DNA of 64,000 nucleotides from Ignavibacteriota bacterium (lineage in GTDB: Bacteria > Bacteroidota > Ignavibacteria > Kapaibacteriales > UBA2268): NCBI GenBank assembly GCA_016219595.1, contig JACRLY010000002.1:18190-82189 (forward strand), given 5' to 3'. The notes beneath the pieces were generated by a model. The model did no database searches, was not told where the DNA came from, and saw only the letters and a program-made list of their open reading frames with translations. Both the position numbers and the translations under genes were made by a program. Shown here in pieces: positions 29,722 to 39,601 of the stretch; the first letter of the stretch is position 1; every line of letters begins with the position of its first letter.

Positions 29722-30083
29722 AGAAGTTAAAGAAGGAAGCAGAATAGATAATAGCAAAAAGATGATAGAAGTTGGAAGCAAGAAGCAGGGTGTCGGAAGC
29801 TCGATGCCGGATGTTGAATGCTAAATAAAGATAATAGCAAAATCGTTTCATTTATATCAATATAATTTCATAAATCAAAAATCGTTAATCCTTGTTCGTA
29901 AATATTCCGGCAATAATAGAGAATAGCACATGGATTTTACTAATTATCATAAATCAGTTGCTTCTGTGTCATCAGTGTTCTACTTAACTTCTTTTTATGG
30001 AAAATTATAAATTGAAATATTGATTATTTAATAATCATCATATAATTTCGTTAATGGATAGAATTTGATGATAAAATAGAAAA

Positions 30084-31643
30084 ATGATAAAAACAGACAT
30101 ACTCGTTATCGGCTCGGGGCTTGCGGGAGCTATTGCAGCAATAACTGCTGCTGAAGCAAATAAAAAGGTAACTATTATTACCAAGACGCCTGAACTGCTG
30201 GGCGGAAGCAGTGCTTATGCACAAGGTGGAATCATATACAAGGGATTTATGGATTCACCCCAGAAGCTGAAAAATGACATTATGCAGGCGGGTGACGGTT
30301 TGTGCTGGGAGCCGGCTGTTGACCAGCTCTGCGAAATGGGACCCACACTTGTTAAAGAGCTGCTGATCGATAAATTCAGCATCGATTTCGATAAAAAATC
30401 CGAAAATGAATTTGATTTGACTGCCGAAGGAGCCCACTCTCTGCCGAGAATACTGCACTCGAAAGACAGCACGGGTAGGTCAATTCAAAAAAGGGTGCTT
30501 AATGTAATTGATGAGCATCCGAATATCGAGGTGCTTGTGAATCACACGGCAGTTGATTTGCTAACACTTTCACATCACTCGAAAGACCTTCTGAATATTT
30601 ATGATAAGCCGGCATGCTTCGGTGCTTTTGTACTGAATATGAATTCAGGAAAAGTATTCCCGATATTTGCTTCTGAGACAATACTGGCAACAGGCGGTTT
30701 GGGACAAATATACAGGCACACAACAAATCCGGCAGAACAGACAGGCGATGGAATTGCATTGTCATGGCGTGCGGGTGCGAGATGTTTCAATTTGCAATAT
30801 ATACAGTTCCATCCTACAACATTATATAACGACCGTGAAAGCTTTCTTATTTCAGAATCAATGAGAGGCGAGGGAGGAAAGCTGATTGACAGGAACGGCA
30901 GGGAGTTCATGAAAGATTTCGATGAACGCGGCTCACTTGCACCGAGAGACATAGTTGCAAGAGGAATTCACCAGACAATGCTCAATACAAATCATCCCTG
31001 CGTTTATCTCGACATTTCATTCAAAGAATCGGAATGGATAAGGAACCGCTTCCCTACTATTTACAATCATTGTGTTAATATGGGAATTGATTTGACAAAG
31101 GAACCGATACCGGTTGTTCCCGCGGCTCATTATTCATGCGGCGGAGTGGGCGTCAGTTTGAAAGGTAGAACTTCACTTCAACGGCTTTATGCTGTCGGAG
31201 AAGTTTCATGTACTGGTGTTCATGGTGCAAACCGTCTTGCCTCGACATCTTTGCTGGAAAGTGTGGTGTGGGGTTATATTGCTGGGAAGGATGCATCAGA
31301 GCATTCGATGATGGATGAGTACTTCCCGGATATATACCATTGGGAAGATGAAGTTGAAAATGTTGACCCGGCATTGATAGCACAGGACTGGCATACAATA
31401 AAGAATACAATGTGGAATTATGTGGGATTAATCAGGACGAGGCAGCGGCTTTTGAGAGCTGCAACAACACTCAGGCATCTACAGACAGAAATAGAGCATT
31501 TTTACCAGAAAGCAAAAATGACTAATGAAATTCTCGAGCTTAGAAACGGAGTGCAGACAGCAATTGCAGTAACTTTTGCGACTCTCGAAGCAAGAGCAAG
31601 CCGCGGCTCGCATTATATTCAGCAGAACGGCTCTAGTCTTTGA
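30084..31643 (+). CDS. nadB: L-aspartate oxidase
   Basis: 519 aa. FAD motif VIGSGLAGAIAA. Fumarate-reductase/succinate-dehydrogenase flavoprotein-like core (QGGI, FHPT, RGEGG, GANRLASTSLLE). Length fits NadB rather than SdhA. Confidence 0.85.
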   Translation: MIKTDILVIGSGLAGAIAAITAAEANKKVTIITKTPELLGGSSAYAQGGIIYKGFMDSPQKLKNDIMQAGDGLCWEPAVDQLCEMGPTLVKELLIDKFSIDFDKKSENEFDLTAEGAHSLPRILHSKDSTGRSIQKRVLNVIDEHPNIEVLVNHTAVDLLTLSHHSKDLLNIYDKPACFGAFVLNMNSGKVFPIFASETILATGGLGQIYRHTTNPAEQTGDGIALSWRAGARCFNLQYIQFHPTTLYNDRESFLISESMRGEGGKLIDRNGREFMKDFDERGSLAPRDIVARGIHQTMLNTNHPCVYLDISFKESEWIRNRFPTIYNHCVNMGIDLTKEPIPVVPAAHYSCGGVGVSLKGRTSLQRLYAVGEVSCTGVHGANRLASTSLLESVVWGYIAGKDASEHSMMDEYFPDIYHWEDEVENVDPALIAQDWHTIKNTMWNYVGLIRTRQRLLRAATTLRHLQTEIEHFYQKAKMTNEILELRNGVQTAIAVTFATLEARASRGSHYIQQNGSSL

Positions 31644-32991
31644 ATTTTCGTGAATAGAAATAAAGAGCTACACAGGATAAAATTCCAATCGCAAAGAAGG
31701 GGAGCCATACAAGCCAGGGCTGGTACTCTTTCCAGAGTAATAATGACAAATCACCGGGATTCAATTTTGTCAATTCGATTAATTTATTAAAAGCATCAGT
31801 AGAAGAGATATTATTCAATCCATAATGTGATTGAATATAATCAACTGCAAGCGATGCTTTCTCAGCATAATTTTTGTAAAGCCAGCCGCCAATCAATGAG
31901 CCGCCGCCCAAGCCGATTGCAAGAGATATATTCAGATAACTCATATAAAGTGCTTTTTCGGATTTTCCGGCAAGTGTGCTCATTTGCTCCGCGAATTTCG
32001 GATTGGTAAGCATTTCTCCAAATGTATAGACAATGATTCCGGCAACAGTCAAAGAGCCGTAATAGGTCGCACCGCTCAGGAATAAACCGGTTCCAGCAAG
32101 AAATATTCCGACAAGAAGTGCATAATTTCTGTTAATTTTTGAAAACCACCAGGATATGATTACAACACCAAGAAAAACGAGTCCGGAATTGAGATTATAG
32201 AGCCACTCATAAGAAATCATAGTTCCTCTCGTGGTTTCCATCAGCATGAATTTGGGAAGATGGAGTGCTGAAGCCAATCCAGATGTATCAGTCCAGTCAT
32301 AAATGAAATTCGGAAGCGTTTCGTAAAATTGCATGTATATTATTGTGAAGCCGGACATGATTATTACAAACAAACCAACACGCGGTTTCAAAAGATTAAT
32401 AAATATGTTTTTGATAATGGGGGATGAATGAAATTCATTTTTTTCAATAACGTTTTTTTCTTCTTTCAGAAATATTAATATTACAAGGTTCAAAAGAATA
32501 ATTAATCCACTTCCGATGAACACCGCTCCCCATGATATTTCTTTAAGAAATTTCGATAAAGGAGGACCGAAGAAGACGGCAAGATTGAGTAGCATGAAAT
32601 ATACAGCCCAGCCGGTTTTGGATTTTGTTTTGTCAATGGTTTTTGCGACTGAACCTTGCAAAGCAGGTTTGAACATACCTGAGCCGAAACCGAGTATAAT
32701 TGTTCCGAAAAGAAAAGGGTAGAAACTTTTTTGAGTTGCAAGAACAAAATATCCGGTTGCTATGATGAAAACTGAAATAATCATAGTCTTTTTGTGGCTG
32801 TATTTGTCGGCAAAGCTGCCGGAGAATACCGGAACGATATTTTGAACCAAAGCCCACCAGAAAAATATGATGCCTTTGACGGTCTGTTCCCAGTGCAGGC
32901 CTCCTGGCATGTCTTTTTGAGCGATGTAAATCGGTAATTGAAGGAGGACGCACCAATAAGCAAGTTTTTCGAGCATTTGCAAAATGTTCAA
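31633..32991 (-). CDS. MFS transporter (POT/PTR2-like)
   Basis: 452 aa with ~12 hydrophobic segments and an MFS-like SGSFADKY loop. Its TAG stop (31635-31633) overlaps the nadB 3' end convergently by 11 nt. Confidence 0.65.
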   Translation of the reverse strand: MNILQMLEKLAYWCVLLQLPIYIAQKDMPGGLHWEQTVKGIIFFWWALVQNIVPVFSGSFADKYSHKKTMIISVFIIATGYFVLATQKSFYPFLFGTIILGFGSGMFKPALQGSVAKTIDKTKSKTGWAVYFMLLNLAVFFGPPLSKFLKEISWGAVFIGSGLIILLNLVILIFLKEEKNVIEKNEFHSSPIIKNIFINLLKPRVGLFVIIMSGFTIIYMQFYETLPNFIYDWTDTSGLASALHLPKFMLMETTRGTMISYEWLYNLNSGLVFLGVVIISWWFSKINRNYALLVGIFLAGTGLFLSGATYYGSLTVAGIIVYTFGEMLTNPKFAEQMSTLAGKSEKALYMSYLNISLAIGLGGGSLIGGWLYKNYAEKASLAVDYIQSHYGLNNISSTDAFNKLIELTKLNPGDLSLLLWKEYQPWLVWLPFFAIGILSCVALYFYSRKFKD

Positions 32992-33062
32992 TGCCCAAAA
33001 AATTTTCGGAATTGATTTTATATCGTTAAATAGTTTATTTATATTTTCCTCATCTCAAAATA

Positions 33063-33941
33063 TTATAAAGGTCTCAATATGGTAATCCCTATATCCGATT
33101 CCACGCCTTTGATATATTCAAATATTTCTTTATCTATCACCACTTTCTTCTTTTTTGATGAAGCGTGCATAAATCTTGTTTTGCCGGTTTTATCTTTTAA
33201 TATCATACCTGTATGCGAATAATCAAGCCCTTCCTTGTTTGTGGCAACGGCGATTATGTCCCCTGTTTCAAGCTTTGGCTCTATATCTTTGATAGAATCA
33301 ACCGGAATGTAATAATATGTATGTGAATTAATATCGTTTTCAATCTGCTGAATTATATTAATATATTCCGTATGATTTTTCATTGCTTCATAAAATTCCG
33401 GATGCTTAGACATGAACGAAACATTAATGGGAAACCGCACCCCTCCAAGCTCTTGAGTAATATCCTTTACCACACCTTTTTTTACATTATCATAAATCCA
33501 ATCGGATGTATAGTGAAGTCGTGAAGTATAATCGACCAATACTCCCTTCCTGTAGCGAGTGAAAGTTACTTCATTGATTAGTTCTTCGAAACTGAATCGT
33601 CCTTTCTTTAGTATTCTGGCAATATCAAGAACATTTTCAAAAAAAGTGACGCAGTCCAATCCTTTGAGATTGATCCTGCAAATCTCAGGACCGGGACCTT
33701 CGAGTGTGAATGCTTCATATGGTGTATTGAGAAGCATTGTTGCGATTTTTCCCATCAGTTCGCCAATTGGAAGTTCATCCCATTTTTCAGAGATAGCTTT
33801 AGAGATAATTTTCCTGAATGTTTTTACGGTTTCATCAGAATAAATTTCCTTACCCTGGAAAAAACTGAACAAGAGCTGTGTTTTTAAAAATACAGCACCT
33901 GCGGTTATTAATCCTAATTTTGTAAAATCTCTTCTGTTCAT
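33063..33941 (-). CDS. DUF1460 (amidase-like) exported protein
   Basis: 292 aa. Tat-like N-terminus MNRRDFTKLGLITAGAV. The GLDCVTFFENVLDIARI block is typical of DUF1460 as I recall it. Confidence 0.6.
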   Translation of the reverse strand: MNRRDFTKLGLITAGAVFLKTQLLFSFFQGKEIYSDETVKTFRKIISKAISEKWDELPIGELMGKIATMLLNTPYEAFTLEGPGPEICRINLKGLDCVTFFENVLDIARILKKGRFSFEELINEVTFTRYRKGVLVDYTSRLHYTSDWIYDNVKKGVVKDITQELGGVRFPINVSFMSKHPEFYEAMKNHTEYINIIQQIENDINSHTYYYIPVDSIKDIEPKLETGDIIAVATNKEGLDYSHTGMILKDKTGKTRFMHASSKKKKVVIDKEIFEYIKGVESDIGITILRPL

Positions 33942-34489
33942 TTTTTCACCATTGGATTTTCTGATTCATATATTTCATCAATTAATAGATTTAAATTTTC
34001 AGCCGCATCCTTTGATAATTTATCACAGCGTTCGTTGTCAGGAATGTCAGCGTGTCCTTTTACCCAGACAAATTCAACATCGTGCTTTTCCATTTCAATC
34101 AAAAGCATTGCCCATAAATCGGCATTCAATGCCTTGTCCTTGCGGTTCCGCTTCCAGCCGTTCATTCTCCACTTTTCTGCCCAGCCTTCGTTAATTGATT
34201 TCACCAGCAGTTGTGAATCGCTGTTGATGACAACATGAAGTCTTTTGTCAGATTTCAATGCTCTCAGTGCCTCGATAGCCGCAAGGATTTCCATCCTGTT
34301 GTTTGTTGTGTGCCTGAATCCATTGGACAGTTCTTTTTCATGTTTGCCATATCTCAGCACGACACCATAGCCGCCGGGTCCGGGATTGCCGAGACAGGCG
34401 CCGTCTGTGTATATTATTACTTTTTTCTGAGCTTTGTCTTTCGGCTTTTTATCCTTGAACAAAGTTTCGTCATTTTTAGTTTTTTTCAT
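33938..34489 (-). CDS. rnhA: ribonuclease HI
   Basis: 183 aa. YTDGACLGNPGPGGYG, TNNRMEL-like TNNRMEIL, SDSQ and WVKGHADIPDNERCD motifs covering the DEDD catalytic residues. Confidence 0.92.
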   Translation of the reverse strand: MKKTKNDETLFKDKKPKDKAQKKVIIYTDGACLGNPGPGGYGVVLRYGKHEKELSNGFRHTTNNRMEILAAIEALRALKSDKRLHVVINSDSQLLVKSINEGWAEKWRMNGWKRNRKDKALNADLWAMLLIEMEKHDVEFVWVKGHADIPDNERCDKLSKDAAENLNLLIDEIYESENPMVKK

Positions 34490-34937
34490 TAATCGATTTA
34501 TGAATTATAGAACAAGCAAAAATAAGACTTATTAGTAATGAAATGAACAGATAAAATTTTCAATTTGTAATTTTCAATGACATAAGGTTCAACTTATGCG
34601 GATACGCTTTGTTACTAAGATTTGATGGTGAGGATAAGGTTTTTTTTAAATTATTAAAGGAGTAAATTTATTTTCATTGTAACATTTTCCTCGTTTTTTT
34701 GTTATTACTATAAATAAATGTAAATTTTTTTGAAACTTTTTGTCGTTTCATGTGTCTTTGTATATATAAATAGTGTTTTTTTTATAATTATTAGTTCTAA
34801 AACTTAATAAGGGTATAAATTATACTTAATAACCTGTATTATTTACACTATTTATATATCAGGTTTATCTAATATCATATATAAAAAAATCTTAAAAAGC
34901 TAAATCATAATTTAATTATAAATAAATAGGACTTATT

Positions 34938-37625
34938 ATGAGAAAGATTTTTAGCTTTTTTTTCGTGTCAATTATCTTTTTATCTTGTATTGAGATTAAT
35001 GCTCAGAGTTTTGACAAATCTGCACTGCCGGAAAAACTCGGTTCAACTCATTTTGGAACAGATTTCTGGCTGACATTCAATCCAAATTGGGAAACAGCGG
35101 GAATTGAAAACACAATCAGAATTTTTGTTACTTCATTAGTAGAGACTTCAGTGAAAATTGAAATTCCCGGTAAAGGATACCAGGCTCAGATGAACACTAT
35201 CCCTTACAATCCGATTCAATTCGATATTCCGATAGCAATCGGACAACCATTTATGAGTGGAGTAGCTTCACCTTCTCCTGAAGAACAAGTATATAACGGC
35301 GCAGGTATCCATGTTACTGCAAAGGACCCGATTGTAGTATACGGTCTTGCGAGGGGTTTCGGTTCGAGCGATGCTTATATGGCATTTCCGACTGCTGTGT
35401 GGGGAAGGGAGTATATTATAGCTTCCTGGATAGATGTTTCAACCAACACTGATTTGTTCCTGCCCGGATATATTAGCGTCATTGCTGCTTATGACAATAC
35501 AAAGGTAAATTTCACACTTGGAGGCAATACCGGAACCAAAACCAGTGGTGGTATGGTACCGGGAGATGTGGAACAGTTTACTTTGTATAAAGGTGATGTA
35601 TTAGTGATACCATCCGCCGGAAGATATTCCGATATGTCAGGAAGCAGAGTAACTTCCAATAAGCCGGTTGGGGTTGTTTCAGGTCACAGATGCGCAACAG
35701 TTCCCGAATCAGTCCATCCCTGGTGCGATTATCTTGCCGAAATGGAAATGCCGACTGAATTATGGGGGACAGAATTTCATATTTGTCCTATTTACAGGAG
35801 GAAGAAAAATCCAATTATAAAAATAATACCCAAAGAGGGAGGCACCAAGATTTACAAAAATGGAGTTGAAATAACAAGCATCAAATATGCAGGAGGTATT
35901 GAAAATGACGGCTGGTTAAGGATGAGAACTGATGACGGCTCTCCCAAAATTGTATTCTTTAGTTCAAGCAAACCTGTTTGTATAACTTTGTTCAATCAAT
36001 CGAGAACCGAAGACACTATTAATATTGACCCATTTTCGATTATTCAAATTCCATTAGAACAATATCAGAAAGAAATATTTTTTACTACCCCAAGTACAAA
36101 AAATTCTCTTGAATTTCCAACAAATTTACTAAGTATAATATACGAATCAACTGATGACGGTTCAGTACCCGATGATTTGGAGATCGGGAAAGAAGTTAAT
36201 GGAGAATTCGAATGGACGAAAATCAGGATTATCAGCCCAATGTCGGGTTCTCCTTTCGGAGTTGCTTCAAACGGAAAAAAGTATTTTTTCAAATCCTATT
36301 CACTGCCAAGTATAGGAGCATATAAAATAAGGGCTAATACACCAATTATGGTATATTTGTATGGATACTCAAACGAGGCATCTTACGGGTACCCTGCATC
36401 GACAGCATTGGTCAATCTTGAAAAAAACTCAGATACACTCGGACCAGTTCTGACTTATAATGTGGAATGTAACGGCAGTGTTGTAGATGCTACGGTTGAA
36501 GATATGCCAGCAAATAATAACCGTTCGAATTTATCTGTTGTTTGTTTCCATAATCATTTCAGTTATAATTATGATTTTAAATATATAGACTTTGTCCCCG
36601 GTGAACGAAACAAAACAAACTGGAGCCTTGATGTAATTGATGCAAGTAAAGATGCCAGAGCGGTTATTACATTCGGCGACCGCGCCGGTCACGATACCAC
36701 TATTGTTATCGATTATTTCATTCGGAAGCCCGCATTCAGCCAAAAATCATTGGACCTTGGATTAATCAGAGTAGGAAATACTGAAATATGTGGAATCTGG
36801 TTGCATAATCAATCTGATTCAATGACCTTAAATTTGAATAATGTATTCTTGAAATGCAATGACAAAGGTTTTGAGCTTCTCAATGATAATGAAGAAGCAT
36901 TAAGCTTTCCCTTGATAATTCCTCCTCTCGATTCCTTCAAAATTAAAGTAAAATTTTCCGGAACTCATCAAGGTGTGTTTTCAGACTCGATTGGGATAAG
37001 CGACGATTGTAATACCTGGATGCTGGGATATGTCCGTGCAGAAGCAGGCAAACCAAAAATATCGGTTTCTGATTACAAATTTCCGGACACAGAATTAAAT
37101 TACACATCTTCGGGACAAATTTTAATACGCAACGAGGGAAATTATAACCTTGTCATAACCGGATTCCAGGCACCTTCAGACACTGCATTTTCAATCGACA
37201 TCAAGGAAATATCGACTTCAAAACCTTTGGTAATCGAACCCGGTCAGATTAATACATTTGAAGCGATGTTCCTGCCGGCAGAGGAAAAGGATTATTTTGA
37301 TTCAGTAGTGTTTATCAGCGATGCCAATGCCGATTCCGACCCAATTGTTTCATTAACCGGAAAAGGAATAAAGAAAATCGGCGTAAATGATAATGAAATA
37401 GCAAATAATAAGTTGTTTGTATATCACAATCCTGCTGATAATAAATTGATTATTCAACAGAAAAATGATTGTAATTCAAATTATGAGATAATTAACATTT
37501 TGGGAATAAATGTATTGATAGGAGAGCTATCCGGGGAATTTACAACTATCAATACTTCTCAACTGCCTGATGGGCTTTATTTCCTGAAAATCGGAAATGA
37601 AGTGAGGAAATTTGTGAAGGAGTAA
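34938..37625 (+). CDS. large exported protein with IgGFc-binding-protein-like N-terminal domain and T9SS CTD
   Basis: 895 aa with a signal peptide. N-terminal GTDFWLTFNPNWE...IRIFVTS...VKIEIPG resembles the bacterial IgGFc_binding N-terminal domain (recollection). C-terminus LFVYHNPADNKLII...DGLYFLKIGNEVRKFVKE. Confidence 0.5.
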   Translation: MRKIFSFFFVSIIFLSCIEINAQSFDKSALPEKLGSTHFGTDFWLTFNPNWETAGIENTIRIFVTSLVETSVKIEIPGKGYQAQMNTIPYNPIQFDIPIAIGQPFMSGVASPSPEEQVYNGAGIHVTAKDPIVVYGLARGFGSSDAYMAFPTAVWGREYIIASWIDVSTNTDLFLPGYISVIAAYDNTKVNFTLGGNTGTKTSGGMVPGDVEQFTLYKGDVLVIPSAGRYSDMSGSRVTSNKPVGVVSGHRCATVPESVHPWCDYLAEMEMPTELWGTEFHICPIYRRKKNPIIKIIPKEGGTKIYKNGVEITSIKYAGGIENDGWLRMRTDDGSPKIVFFSSSKPVCITLFNQSRTEDTINIDPFSIIQIPLEQYQKEIFFTTPSTKNSLEFPTNLLSIIYESTDDGSVPDDLEIGKEVNGEFEWTKIRIISPMSGSPFGVASNGKKYFFKSYSLPSIGAYKIRANTPIMVYLYGYSNEASYGYPASTALVNLEKNSDTLGPVLTYNVECNGSVVDATVEDMPANNNRSNLSVVCFHNHFSYNYDFKYIDFVPGERNKTNWSLDVIDASKDARAVITFGDRAGHDTTIVIDYFIRKPAFSQKSLDLGLIRVGNTEICGIWLHNQSDSMTLNLNNVFLKCNDKGFELLNDNEEALSFPLIIPPLDSFKIKVKFSGTHQGVFSDSIGISDDCNTWMLGYVRAEAGKPKISVSDYKFPDTELNYTSSGQILIRNEGNYNLVITGFQAPSDTAFSIDIKEISTSKPLVIEPGQINTFEAMFLPAEEKDYFDSVVFISDANADSDPIVSLTGKGIKKIGVNDNEIANNKLFVYHNPADNKLIIQQKNDCNSNYEIINILGINVLIGELSGEFTTINTSQLPDGLYFLKIGNEVRKFVKE

Positions 37626-37712
37626 ATATGGTAAAGGAGTAATGATGGAAATTAAAAATTGATTTAAGCAATTAATATTGCAATTTTACAATAATTATTA
37701 TATTATTGCATA

Positions 37713-38168
37713 ATGAAACCAAGAATATATATTGATACATCTGTAATTGGCGGTTGTCTCGACGATGAGTTCGCAAATGAATCAAACCGCTTCTTCGAAA
37801 TTGTCGAAAAAAACTTAGTAAATATTTTAATTAGCCCTGTTTTTATTGATGAACTTGAAGGTGCTCCGCAAAAAGTAAAAGATATTTTATCCAAAATAGA
37901 CAAGAAAAGTATTGAGTATTTGGAACTTACCGATGAGGCAATTGATTTAAGAAACTTATATATCAAAAATGGAATTTTAACCGAGAAATGGATAGATGAC
38001 GCAACGCATGTGGCATTAGCCACCGTAAACAGAGCAGAAGCTATTGTTTCATGGAATTTCAAACATATCGTCAGATTAGATAAAATAAAAATGTTTAATC
38101 AAGTCAATTTATTTAATGGTTATGAAATTTTAACAATTATTTCACCGAAGGAGGTGTATTATGAATAA
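37713..38168 (+). CDS. PIN-like domain protein (putative toxin)
   Basis: 151 aa. N-terminal IYIDTSVIGG and later DDATHVALATVNRAEAIVSWNFKHI, a PIN-like distribution of acidic residues. Confidence 0.55.
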   Translation: MKPRIYIDTSVIGGCLDDEFANESNRFFEIVEKNLVNILISPVFIDELEGAPQKVKDILSKIDKKSIEYLELTDEAIDLRNLYIKNGILTEKWIDDATHVALATVNRAEAIVSWNFKHIVRLDKIKMFNQVNLFNGYEILTIISPKEVYYE

Positions 38169-38370
38169 TACAAAAGAAAAGACATTTGATTGTCTTGAAT
38201 TTAAATATAAAGCCCAGGAAAGAATTTATAATGATATAAAAAATCTTAGTCCAGAAGAGGAAAAGGCTTATTTTAACCGAAAAGTAAAAGAAGGTTCATA
38301 TTGGGATATTATTGGATTAATTATAAATATGGAAGTAGATAAGCATCCTGATTTAATTAAGGTGAATTAA
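38161..38370 (+). CDS. small protein overlapping the PIN-like gene end (possible cognate partner)
   Basis: 69 aa. Its ATG lies 8 nt inside the upstream gene end. No motif recognised. Confidence 0.4.
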   Translation: MNNTKEKTFDCLEFKYKAQERIYNDIKNLSPEEEKAYFNRKVKEGSYWDIIGLIINMEVDKHPDLIKVN

Positions 38371-38639
38371 ACTTTTTTTAACAAATCATAATTTTTTTAT
38401 TAGGAAACTTTTGGAATTTATTATATATTAGTTTCAGCTTCTGTTCGGGGGGACAGAAACTTCTTTTTAAATTTGGAATTAGTGATTAGGAAATAGGAAT
38501 TGAATTTGGCTGTTATACTATTAGTCAGATAGCATGATTGGTTTAAGCTATATTCTAAAAGACTAAAAGCTAATTGAATATTTGTATTTAAAAAAATTCA
38601 TTAATAATTTAAAATTTTAACATAACTCTGGGGGGATTT

Positions 38640-39065
38640 ATGGAAGTAATAGAATTATATTCTTATCAGCCTGGGTCGATTAAGCCCATACCGTTTTTCT
38701 CGATGTCGGTTTCGGCAGGCATTCCAATGCCCGTTGACAGCGATGTTGACCAAGTCATAGACCTGAATGAGTTTTTAGTGGAGCATCCGGCAGCGACTTT
38801 CTTTGCACGTGTCAGGGGGGATTCATTGGATGAAATAGGAATCAGCGACGGAGACATATTAATAGTAGATTCTGTCGTGGACCCGTCGGACAATAAGGTT
38901 GTGGTAGCTACAATCAATGGAGAATTGACTGTCAAGATTTACCGCAATGTTGACGGGGAAGAGTTTTTGCAGTCGGGAAATATGCAATTCATGCCCATGA
39001 GAATAGAGCCGTATATAGAATATGATATTATCGGCGTTGTAACCAAGGTGATTCACACACTATAA
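38640..39065 (+). CDS. UmuD-like S24 peptidase (LexA C-terminal domain only), copy 1
   Basis: 141 aa. Ala-Gly candidate cleavage site (SVSAGIP), IDLNEFLVEHPAATFFARVRGDSL (Ser nucleophile) and ELTVKIY (Lys). Closely parallels E. coli UmuD as recalled. No HTH domain. A GGGGGA RBS lies upstream. Confidence 0.8.
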   Translation: MEVIELYSYQPGSIKPIPFFSMSVSAGIPMPVDSDVDQVIDLNEFLVEHPAATFFARVRGDSLDEIGISDGDILIVDSVVDPSDNKVVVATINGELTVKIYRNVDGEEFLQSGNMQFMPMRIEPYIEYDIIGVVTKVIHTL

Positions 39066-39132
39066 AATAACGGCACAATATTTGCGAAACTCACAAAACC
39101 TTATTGGTTTGTTAGTTGCATTTAAAGGATAG

Positions 39133-39555
39133 TTGATGAAGGTTAAGAAAGTAGTTGAGGTAAAATCACATTATAGTTTCGAGGCACCATTGGTGCCCGC
39201 AGGGATTACCGATAAGGGAACCAGGCTGGAGCAATTCGACGGTACACTTGCTCTAGGTTCGTATCTTTCTCCCGAACCGAACAATTCATTTTTAGTGAGG
39301 GTTTCGGGCGAGAGTATGATTGATGAAAGTATTTTCAACGGGGATATTCTTATAGTTGACCGGAAAGAAAAGCCAAAAGACGGGAAAGTCGTTATTGCAT
39401 CGCTGAACGGGGAAATGGCAGTAAAAAAATTCAAATTGATTGAAGGAAAAGTTTACCTGTATTCAGCAAACGAAAAATTTCTTCCAATCGAAATCAGTGG
39501 ATTAATGGAATTTCAGATTCAAGGCGTTGTCAAGCATGTGATACATAATGTGTGA
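39133..39555 (+). CDS. UmuD-like S24 peptidase, copy 2 (more divergent)
   Basis: 140 aa; the likely start is the ATG at 39136. LVPAGI (Ala-Gly), VRVSGESMIDESIFNGDILIVD (Ser), EMAVKKF (Lys). No HTH domain. Confidence 0.75.
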   Translation: MMKVKKVVEVKSHYSFEAPLVPAGITDKGTRLEQFDGTLALGSYLSPEPNNSFLVRVSGESMIDESIFNGDILIVDRKEKPKDGKVVIASLNGEMAVKKFKLIEGKVYLYSANEKFLPIEISGLMEFQIQGVVKHVIHNV

Positions 39556-39601
39556 TAATTTAATTGCTATTTTAGTAAGTATGTCTATAATAATGTGTAT
39601 T

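Noticed and set aside
37612-37642. Short duplication of the cargo-gene end (gtgaaggagtaa / ggtaaaggagtaa) as another 3'-end scar
   Set aside because: It is only ~12 nt, and AAGGAG is also simply an RBS-like motif. It is too short to tell from chance.
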